From: a virus
Reading direction: 5' to 3' (one strand)
DNA: 48,620 nucleotides
Virus record (IMG/VR): IMGVR_UViG_3300049019_000002
Location: 1-48,620 of that record
The notes beneath the pieces are model-generated. The model had not been told where the DNA came from. It saw only the letters and a list, made by a program, of their open reading frames with translations, and made no database searches. This document shows positions 41,857-48,125 of this stretch, piece after piece; the first letter of the stretch is position 1; each line of letters opens with the position of its first letter. The position numbers and the translations under genes were made by a program.

Positions 41857-42394
41857 CTTTCTTACAAGGGATCATCTAAGACGTTTGCACCACTTAGGAA
41901 GTATTCGGAATAGTAACAAAGTACTTTTATCCCTTAAACCGTACTTAAACTCTTTTCGTGAGGGCTATGATAGTGTATATTACTTGAGTAAACTCGGAAG
42001 GGAATACGTTGGGTGTGATAAGATCAGGAAGAAAAGCTCAAGTGTCAACCATATTTTAGCCCGTAACAGTTTTTATATCCATGCTGGGTGTCCTACTCAG
42101 TGGAAGAATGAAGTGAAGATATCTGATGGAGAAAACACAATCGTCATGGATGCATGGTTCAAGAGCCAGAACAATTGGAGTGCTCTTGAGGTTGATCTTA
42201 CCCAACCCATGAAGGAGAACCGCAAGAAGGCTAGAGCATATGAAGGACTGTACCAGAGGGGAAGAGTCTCAAAACAATTGGGTCACTTTCCAGTTGTCAC
42301 CTTCATCACCACAACGGAGTACAGAAGGAAACAGCTTAGAGATGCTTGTAAGAACTTCCCTAGTGTGATTTACACCTTAGAGGACATAAAATAG
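41804..42394 (+). CDS. replication-relaxation family protein
   Basis: TTG at 41804 sits 9 nt after AAAAGGTGG. N-terminal ...ENILLSLKKFDFLTRDHLRRL and C-terminal ...WSALEVDLTQ...VVTFITTT pattern. The start is uncertain (alternatives 41843 or 41648). Confidence 0.55.
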   Translation: MRLNQRQENILLSLKKFDFLTRDHLRRLHHLGSIRNSNKVLLSLKPYLNSFREGYDSVYYLSKLGREYVGCDKIRKKSSSVNHILARNSFYIHAGCPTQWKNEVKISDGENTIVMDAWFKSQNNWSALEVDLTQPMKENRKKARAYEGLYQRGRVSKQLGHFPVVTFITTTEYRRKQLRDACKNFPSVIYTLEDIK

Positions 42395-42407
42395 GAGGTT
42401 TTTTAAA

Positions 42408-42821
42408 ATGAAAACAGAGGTAATCCCTTTTCGTGAGTTCATGGCTGGAAACAATCGACAGGTGAAACCAAGGAAAGATCGTGGTATGATTAAGAAGACC
42501 TTAACGGCGGCGATACCTTTTGCAGTTGTAACTAAAGGGGCTTTCGCTCAGGAGATGCAACAAGCTGGTGTCGGTGAATACGTTGGGTCAAAGTCAATGG
42601 AGCTTATCGCTCATGCGTTCGATCCTCTAATTGACCTTTTAGTAGCGCTCTCGTTGCCTGTCTGCTCAGTTGTTCTTGTAGGTGCTTGCTTCATGTTCAT
42701 GTTTAACTCTGAGAGAGCATGGGGAGCTATTATGAAGACTGGACTAAGTTACGTCTTGATCCAGATGTCTCCAATCTTCCTGACAATCCTCAAGAACGTT
42801 GGAACTGCTGTGGCAGGATAA
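42408..42821 (+). CDS. membrane protein (signal-like N-terminus + two hydrophobic helices)
   Basis: ...TLTAAIPFAVVTKGAFA-QE, then LIDLLVALSLPVCSVVLVGACFMFMF and GLSYVLIQMSPIFLTIL. The topology is reminiscent of VirB2/TrbC-type proteins. Confidence 0.6.
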   Translation: MKTEVIPFREFMAGNNRQVKPRKDRGMIKKTLTAAIPFAVVTKGAFAQEMQQAGVGEYVGSKSMELIAHAFDPLIDLLVALSLPVCSVVLVGACFMFMFNSERAWGAIMKTGLSYVLIQMSPIFLTILKNVGTAVAG

Positions 42822-42833
42822 TTTCAAAAAGTG

Positions 42834-42862
42834 TGCATAAAAGGTCTAACCTTGGTCATACT
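42834..42862 (+). promoter_or_regulatory. promoter (TGCATA-17-CATACT)
   Basis: Hexamers at 42834-42839 and 42857-42862. ACCTTGGTCATACT is shared, in inverted orientation, with the sigma-gene promoter spacer. Confidence 0.4.
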
Positions 42863-42892
42863 ATATAGTAACAAGCAAAGGAGTGATTCTGA

Positions 42893-43096
42893 ATGAAGAA
42901 GGTAAAATCTGTAGCATTTAACGTTAGTGATCCAATGGAGCTGGCTCTGTATGAGTACGCACTAAGTCACAAATACTTTTCAACTTACGTCAAGCGTCTT
43001 ATCCAGCGTGATTTTGAACAGGGTAAGCGTCAAGACATGAGCATATATGAGGAAGCAAGCCGCCTGTACCGTGAATCAGAAAAAGAGGAGCTCTAA
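42893..43096 (+). CDS. ribbon-helix-helix (Arc/CopG-like) small DNA-binding protein
   Basis: KSVAFNVSDPMELALYEYA...FSTYVKRLIQRD pattern of beta strand plus two helices. Confidence 0.5.
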   Translation: MKKVKSVAFNVSDPMELALYEYALSHKYFSTYVKRLIQRDFEQGKRQDMSIYEEASRLYRESEKEEL

Positions 43097-43113
43097 GGCT
43101 CCTCCTTGTTTTT
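43081..43113. terminator. bidirectional terminator between convergent genes
   Basis: GAGGAGC-TCTAAG-GCTCCTC hairpin flanked by AAAA and a T-run. Confidence 0.7.
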
Positions 43114-43115
43114 AC

Positions 43116-43628
43116 TTATAGGCCACGCTTGATAAGGAAATCATCTAGATCGTTGATCTGGAAAGGGAACTGGTATACAAACTCATACTCTTTGCCCTCT
43201 TCCATAAATTGTTCTGGATAATCCCATACTTCACCTTGTTCGTTAACAAAGATGTACTTATCATCTAAGATAGGGTGATCGTATTCTGCTCCAAAGAATT
43301 TAATAGCGTTCTTCAAACCAATGATGTATGAAGCATACTTTTGAACGAGTGGGTCTCCACCGAGGTAAAACGATGAAAGTAAAATCTCATGTCGCTCAAA
43401 CTTACTGTATACCACTTCATACTCTTGTGTGACGATAACTGTGATGATATCATCCATGGATAACTCATTAAGGAATTGGAGATCACCCTCAAATGAACCA
43501 TGTTTTGCTACTGCTTCTGAGATTCTTTTCTGTAAGGATAGGTCTTTGACTCCCTCTAAGAATGCTCTAATAGCTCTTCCTTGCTTTGATGTTACCTTTA
43601 GTTTAGATGTTGATGCTTCTAGTGACAT
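43116..43628 (-). CDS. hypothetical protein (170 aa), N-terminal half paralogous to 38059..38400
   Basis: AAGGGAGG RBS. Shared pattern ...VTSKQGRAI...LSMDDIITVIVTQEYEVV. Confidence 0.6.
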   Translation of the reverse strand: MSLEASTSKLKVTSKQGRAIRAFLEGVKDLSLQKRISEAVAKHGSFEGDLQFLNELSMDDIITVIVTQEYEVVYSKFERHEILLSSFYLGGDPLVQKYASYIIGLKNAIKFFGAEYDHPILDDKYIFVNEQGEVWDYPEQFMEEGKEYEFVYQFPFQINDLDDFLIKRGL

Positions 43629-43704
43629 AAATTAAATTCCTCCCTTTGAGGCTGAACTGATCGGATGGACGGTCTTCACAGAGACAACCTCGTTTGTTTT
43701 TTTG

Positions 43705-43760
43705 TTGAATAGCGAATGATCAACACTTATAATACTACCACAGTAATACCAATTATGCAA
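43705..43760. promoter_or_regulatory. overlapping face-to-face promoter-like elements
   Basis: Plus strand: TTGAAT (43705-10)-17-TATAAT (43728-33). Minus strand: TTGCAT (rc of 43755-60)-17-TAGTAT (rc of 43732-37). Confidence 0.45.
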
Positions 43761-43780
43761 GACCTATTTTACTAATGAGT

Positions 43781-44377
43781 CTAAAGTCTGATAACGTTAG
43801 CACCTCGTGGTACAAAACGTAGGGGTCTGTCTTCTTTCTCGGTCATAACATTCAAGAAATGACTTACGAGCTCGCCTCTCTCGTTAGCTTCACCAATAAG
43901 CATGCTTAACAAATCAAGGGTCATACCCACATCGTTCATAGCTCTATGAGCGTTATTATCGTAGTCAAACCCGTAAAACTCCATGCAGTTTTTCAAGCTG
44001 GCTTTCTCGTTGGGGTGAAGCATCTGGAACATCGAACGAGTACACAAGAAGGGTGTTCCCTCGATTCCATACTTATGAGCAAATCCAAGGTCGAAAGATG
44101 CAAAATGCGCCACAACAATGTCATCTCCAATGAAATCAGCTAAACCCTGCATAGCTGTATTCTCACTTACACCAAACAAATACAATGTATCATAAGTAAT
44201 ACCTGTGAGCTCAATAATTTTAGGGTCTAGTCTTCTCCCTTGACTGAGGCGGACATACTTCTGATATGTGTCGATGATATAACCTGTGGAGTCAATCTTC
44301 ATGGCTCCAATCTCAATTACTTGGTTTTCATTGTGGTCAAGCCCCGTGGTTTCAAAATCAATAATAGTATACATCAT
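43781..44377 (-). CDS. DnaQ-like 3'-5' exonuclease (DEDDh)
   Basis: ExoI IIDFETTGL, ExoII VVAHFASFDLGF, ExoIII HRAMNDV. Confidence 0.8.
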   Translation of the reverse strand: MMYTIIDFETTGLDHNENQVIEIGAMKIDSTGYIIDTYQKYVRLSQGRRLDPKIIELTGITYDTLYLFGVSENTAMQGLADFIGDDIVVAHFASFDLGFAHKYGIEGTPFLCTRSMFQMLHPNEKASLKNCMEFYGFDYDNNAHRAMNDVGMTLDLLSMLIGEANERGELVSHFLNVMTEKEDRPLRFVPRGANVIRL

Positions 44378-45228
44378 TTTTCCTCCTTGAATGTTAATGG
44401 AACCAGTTTGTGTACCTCGGTTACTTCTTTAGGTCTGATGTTGGCATACTCTTCTGTTATATAATCAAAAATATTGACAGTATCTATATTAGGTTTATCC
44501 ATGTATTTAATTATATTTTCGTAAGCGCACTGACTGACTTTATAATCACGATGCTTAGTTGAAACAAAGTAATATTCGATACATTCTTTTGGTTCTTCCT
44601 TCTTGTTTTCTAATGGTATTACCTCAGTAATATGCGAAAGCGCAATGTATTGATGCTTTTTTGTTTGGAAGTCATACACCTCAACATTGGTTACGTTCTT
44701 TTGAATTGCTAAGTCAAGACGGTTCTTGCCATAAGTGTTTACTGTGTAGGTATCCCACAAGGTTTTGACTAAAAACATGCCCTTATAGTGCTTGTTAGGG
44801 TCAAACTCTTCATTATTACAAAACAATTGAGGAGCCTTAAAGAGTGGTTCCCCCATAAATGTTGGTGATGATCTTATTTCTATTTCCTCGTCATGATCAT
44901 CAAGAGTAATATCAAGAAATCCAGCATTGATCATATCTTGCATAACCAGAGACAGCGCCTCTACGACTTCTTCCTCTTGGTCTTCATCCTTGAAGGTATA
45001 GCCAGACTCGAAAAACATTGTGTGCAACAGCTCATGTGTCAATACCTGCTCGGCTCTGTCATCGTTCATGCCAGCTCGTAAGTAAATCTTTGACCGTTCA
45101 TCTGATGCCAAGCCAAAGACTTTCTCGCCAGTGATATCATCAATCTCTTCTTCACTCAAAACCTCGATAGTATACTCAACGTTGCGGACTGTGATGCTTC
45201 GACCGTTTACCTCTTCAAGATATGTCAT
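44374..45228 (-). CDS. putative zinc metallopeptidase-like protein (HExxH)
   Basis: LTHELLHTMFFESGY motif in the N-terminal third. The C-terminal two thirds are unassigned. Confidence 0.45.
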   Translation of the reverse strand: MTYLEEVNGRSITVRNVEYTIEVLSEEEIDDITGEKVFGLASDERSKIYLRAGMNDDRAEQVLTHELLHTMFFESGYTFKDEDQEEEVVEALSLVMQDMINAGFLDITLDDHDEEIEIRSSPTFMGEPLFKAPQLFCNNEEFDPNKHYKGMFLVKTLWDTYTVNTYGKNRLDLAIQKNVTNVEVYDFQTKKHQYIALSHITEVIPLENKKEEPKECIEYYFVSTKHRDYKVSQCAYENIIKYMDKPNIDTVNIFDYITEEYANIRPKEVTEVHKLVPLTFKEEK

Positions 45229-45426
45229 TTACAGTTCCCCTCTCTTGTACTGATGGTGTTTGAGCTCGATATCCAATTTAAGGTGTTCCTCTTCAAGCTC
45301 ATTGATGCGCTTTTCGACTTTATTGAGCTCGCTCGTTAATTTCTCTTTGATAACAGCGTGGTGGTTAGCCTCTTCTTGTATCTCGGCGAGGCGGTCTTCT
45401 AAGATTGACTCTCGGAGGGTTTTCAA
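45229..45426 (-). CDS. small coiled-coil protein (65 aa)
   Basis: TTG start sits 10 nt after AAGGAGG. Heptad-rich sequence. Confidence 0.5.
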   Translation of the reverse strand: MKTLRESILEDRLAEIQEEANHHAVIKEKLTSELNKVEKRINELEEEHLKLDIELKHHQYKRGEL

Positions 45427-45428
45427 TA

Positions 45429-45587
45429 TCAGTCATCCTCCTTAATAATATTGATTACATGAGCATTGCTTGTTCGTGTTTCAATAAATAGTACAACCGT
45501 TATGCCATTCTGCTGTACTATACGAATCATGCCCTCTTCATAATCTAAATACTGGTCGATGATTTCGGGATTAAATTTAAATTCCAT
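45429..45587 (-). CDS. small protein (52 aa, not in the track)
   Basis: ATG at 45587 follows GAAAGGGG. Translation MEFKFNPEIIDQYLDYEEGMIRIVQQNGITVVLFIETRTSNAHVINIIKEDD. Confidence 0.5.
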   Translation of the reverse strand: MEFKFNPEIIDQYLDYEEGMIRIVQQNGITVVLFIETRTSNAHVINIIKEDD

Positions 45588-45604
45588 TGTGGTGTGCCCC
45601 TTTC

Positions 45605-45620
45605 TATGACCTGAGTCATA
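45605..45620. promoter_or_regulatory. perfect 6-4-6 palindrome TATGAC-CTGA-GTCATA in the leader of the leftward operon (operator candidate)
   Basis: Read directly. It lies between the promoter at 45673..45645 and the RBS. Confidence 0.5.
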
Positions 45621-45644
45621 CTTTGTGGTTTTGAATCTATCAAT

Positions 45645-45673
45645 ATACTAACATGATATTTTATGCATGTCAA
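45645..45673 (-). promoter_or_regulatory. promoter of the leftward operon (TTGACA-17-TAGTAT, TGn extended)
   Basis: The rc of 45668-45673 is TTGACA and the rc of 45645-45650 is TAGTAT. Confidence 0.7.
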
Positions 45674-45770
45674 CACCAAAATGTTACTTATTTTTTTGAA
45701 CATATGGTATACATGTTAAGAGGTCAAACAAGCCTCAAAGCATTGATACAATAAGGTTTACGACCATCTA

Positions 45771-45802
45771 TACCATATGTTAGACGTTTACTTTTGATAA
45801 CA
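45771..45802 (+). repeat. dispersed repeat, copy A (TACCATATGTT-N2-ACGTTTACTTTTGATAACA)
   Basis: Identical 11-mer and 19-mer occur at 7079-7118. The inverted 12-mer GAACATATGGTA lies at 45708-45719. Confidence 0.85.
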
Positions 45803-45984
45803 GTACTAATAGATAAACCAAAAAGGAAAAAAATATAGTCAAACAAAGAGTACTCAAATAAGTACTTTACTAATAAGGTTATTCCTTTTAGGTTTTCTAC
45901 TAGATTAAACTTAATTAAATAATTAGTTGTGTAATAGGTTTACTATATAGTTTATCTATTAGTTAACTATTGAGGTGTACTCAA

Positions 45985-46467
45985 ATGGATTACAAACACA
46001 TAAAACGAGATGGCAATAAATATTACCTCAGTGGTTCATCTGAGGAGTTTGACTCTTTTAGGGAGGCAGTGAAAAGAGCAAAGGAATTACATAGAGCCAG
46101 CAAAAAGCATTCAACCAATGAGCATCACAAATATTGGAGCCATACCCTACAAGAGGCTTTTAGATCAAATTGGGAAATAGAACTTGCTGAGATGCTAACC
46201 GAGCTAGGTATCACTTATGATTATGAACCTCAAAGGTTGTACTTCCCAAGTGGTGAATCTTATTTGCCTGATTTCTGGCTACCTGACTTTGGATGCTGGA
46301 TAGAGGTCAAAGGTTGGCTTGATCCATTGAGTCAGAAACGTATGAGTTTATACAGACGGCATTACAAAGAGCCATTACTCATGTGGATGAAAGAGGAGAG
46401 GGAACTCTGTAAGGAGAACCCCAAAATGTTGCTTAGTTTAATCTTAGGAGCTATCGAGGGAGGATGA
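45985..46467 (+). CDS. PD-(D/E)XK nuclease-fold protein
   Basis: ATG at 45985 follows TGAGGTG. Motifs ...SNWEIELAEML...YDYEP...YLPDFWLPDFGCWIEVKG. Confidence 0.55.
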   Translation: MDYKHIKRDGNKYYLSGSSEEFDSFREAVKRAKELHRASKKHSTNEHHKYWSHTLQEAFRSNWEIELAEMLTELGITYDYEPQRLYFPSGESYLPDFWLPDFGCWIEVKGWLDPLSQKRMSLYRRHYKEPLLMWMKEERELCKENPKMLLSLILGAIEGG

Positions 46468-46472
46468 ACTGA

Positions 46473-46637
46473 ATGGAAAAGCTACAAAAGTTTGCTAACG
46501 AGGTTATAGCCCTTGAACAGAAATACGGAGTGTATCTTGATTTTGACTATGAAGATAAAGTAATAGAGGTTGTTGACAGGAAAACTGGAGAGTCGATCTA
46601 TTTTGATGGAACAGGGATATTCGAGGAGGATAACTAA
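46473..46637 (+). CDS. small acidic protein (54 aa, not in the track)
   Basis: ATG follows GAGGGAGGA. Translation MEKLQKFANEVIALEQKYGVYLDFDYEDKVIEVVDRKTGESIYFDGTGIFEEDN. Confidence 0.55.
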   Translation: MEKLQKFANEVIALEQKYGVYLDFDYEDKVIEVVDRKTGESIYFDGTGIFEEDN

Positions 46638-46661
46638 TGAGTTCAACTAAGGAGGTGCAAC

Positions 46662-46814
46662 ATGTTAAGATGTCCAGATTGTCAATCCATTTTGGGTGAC
46701 GTTAAGCAATCCAAAGAGTTTGACGCTATTGGGGAGCTTCTAGTAAAAATCAAATGTGATCGCTGTAAGGGATACAAGAATGTTTCCATAATTGAATATA
46801 AAGAGCAAAAATAA
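46662..46814 (+). CDS. zinc-ribbon small protein (50 aa, not in the track)
   Basis: ATG follows AAGGAGGTG. Translation MLRCPDCQSILGDV...KCDRCKGYKNVSIIEYKEQK. Confidence 0.55.
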   Translation: MLRCPDCQSILGDVKQSKEFDAIGELLVKIKCDRCKGYKNVSIIEYKEQK

Positions 46815-46825
46815 GGTGTGTAACT

Positions 46826-46872
46826 GGTCAACCAAAAGAGTTAAAATTTTAAGGTTTATTTTTGGTTCAACC
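46826..46872. repeat. AT-rich near-palindrome with perfect core TTAAAATTTTAA
   Basis: Arms GGTCAACCAAAA (46826-37) and TTTTGGTTCAACC (46860-72). The core at 46841-46852 is its own reverse complement. Confidence 0.7.
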
Positions 46873-46991
46873 TCAAAAGAAAGAACTTACGAGACAGCCA
46901 AAAAGGAAACCTTAAAAGTTAAACTTTATAGTAGACCAGAGAAAGCATAACTCAAAAGGAAACCTTTATAATTGTTGATGAGACAGGGATT

Positions 46992-47077
46992 TTACTCAAA
47001 AGGAGTAACTAAAAAGGATGTTACTCAAAAGGTGTAATACTAGAAGGGTTTGTGCTCAAAGGGTGGACTATAAGGGA
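46992..47077 (+). repeat. six tandem iterons, consensus wACTCAAAAGGr, period 13-16 bp (five further dispersed copies lie at 46829-46960)
   Basis: Copies start at 46992, 47006, 47021, 47037, 47052 and 47065. Upstream copies lie at 46829, 46869, 46896, 46907 and 46948. Confidence 0.8.
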
Positions 47078-47144
47078 TCACCCCCACCCCGATGAGGTCG
47101 CACCCTCGGTTCCAGACACCAGATGCTAATAAGGAGGAATACAA

Positions 47145-47819
47145 ATGAGTAAACACTGGAAAGATAAGGACTATGAAGCCAAACACGAGGCAGAACACAT
47201 TAGACACTACATTCGGAAAGCCAAGCAAGACCCCGAGGCGGCTATCCAAGAATTAAACGATATGAAGTATGACAAGGCTAGAATCAAAAAGTATGAACTC
47301 ATCAAGGACTTACTCAAGGATGTAGACATTATCTGCGGAGCCAGAATCAAGAATGGTCGTATCTGTAGCAAGCCCCCTGTGGAGGGTAAGACTAGATGTG
47401 AAGCCCACGGAGGGTTAGCCCCTATGGCACAGACTGAGGAAGCCAGACAGCGCTCCCTAGCCAACCTCAACCCTAGAGCACACTTTGTATATGGACTATA
47501 TGGGGGCTTCACTATGGATGAGCAGGAGAACGCCTTCTATGTACAGATGATGAACCACTATATCCCTGAGCTAGACCTTGACCCTATCAATGTGCTGGCT
47601 CTAGACAGGGCACTCAGGAACTTCATACTTAACCAACGTAAAGAGTATGCTGATGCAGGTGAAGCTATCAATGGTGTACAGTTTGACATTGACTATGATA
47701 GTAAGTTCCTTAAGTTCGTGCAGTCTCTTGGTATGGATCGTAAGTTTAATCTGAGTAAGGATCACAAGGACAACGGAGGAAGCATAAGCATCACTGATCT
47801 GTTTGCTGGTGAAGAATAA
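47145..47819 (+). CDS. terS: putative terminase small subunit
   Basis: AAGGAGG RBS. The Cys/His motif CGARIKNGRICSKPPVEGKTRCEAHGG is one I recall from small terminases. An iteron array lies immediately upstream. The gene is not adjacent to terL. Confidence 0.45.
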   Translation: MSKHWKDKDYEAKHEAEHIRHYIRKAKQDPEAAIQELNDMKYDKARIKKYELIKDLLKDVDIICGARIKNGRICSKPPVEGKTRCEAHGGLAPMAQTEEARQRSLANLNPRAHFVYGLYGGFTMDEQENAFYVQMMNHYIPELDLDPINVLALDRALRNFILNQRKEYADAGEAINGVQFDIDYDSKFLKFVQSLGMDRKFNLSKDHKDNGGSISITDLFAGEE

Positions 47820-47884
47820 CTTCCGAGAACAATCATTATGTAAACTGAGGGGGAACGGGAAAACGAATTCTGAAAAAGGAAATG

Positions 47885-48014
47885 AAAAAAAAAGAAAGGC
47901 AGGGGAGGGGTCGAACGGGCGGTGGGTGTGGTTTACAGATTAGTATATTTACTAATTGGCTTTTCCCCCCTCCGAGTCCGCCTCTCCAGTCATACCCTCC
48001 CTGTCATTTTTTTT
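47885..48014 (+). other. long imperfect hairpin (G-rich 5' arm, C-rich 3' arm) flanked by A9 and T8; probable bidirectional terminator or structured RNA/DNA element
   Basis: Pairing 47898-47909/47995-48005, GGCGG/CCGCC (47918-22/47978-82) and apical ATTAGTA/TACTAAT (47939-45/47950-56). A9 at 47885-93 and T8 at 48007-14. Confidence 0.6.
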
Positions 48015-48091
48015 AAATTTAGTTTTACTCTATAGGAAATTCTCAGGAGGGCTCCCTCTCAAGTATAACACAGCGGGTCAACTAAGTCAAC

Positions 48092-48125
48092 AAAATAAAA
48101 GAGCCGCCTCGTGGGAGGCAAGCTC
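48092..48125 (-). terminator. rho-independent terminator of the leftward island
   Basis: GCCTC-GTGG-GAGGC hairpin with an outer GAGC/GCTC stem. On the minus strand it is followed by TTTTATTTTG. Confidence 0.7.

Noticed and set aside
46829-47077. The repeat array as a possible CRISPR array or mini-satellite.
   Set aside because: The period is only 13-16 bp with no unique spacers, and the repeats are degenerate. No cas genes are present. Position upstream of terS favours protein-binding iterons.
47905-47925. GGGGTCGAACGGGCGG resembling a tRNA T-arm (GGTTCGAA-like).
   Set aside because: No acceptor stem, D-arm or anticodon arm can be drawn around it. The pairing partner is the distal C-rich arm instead.
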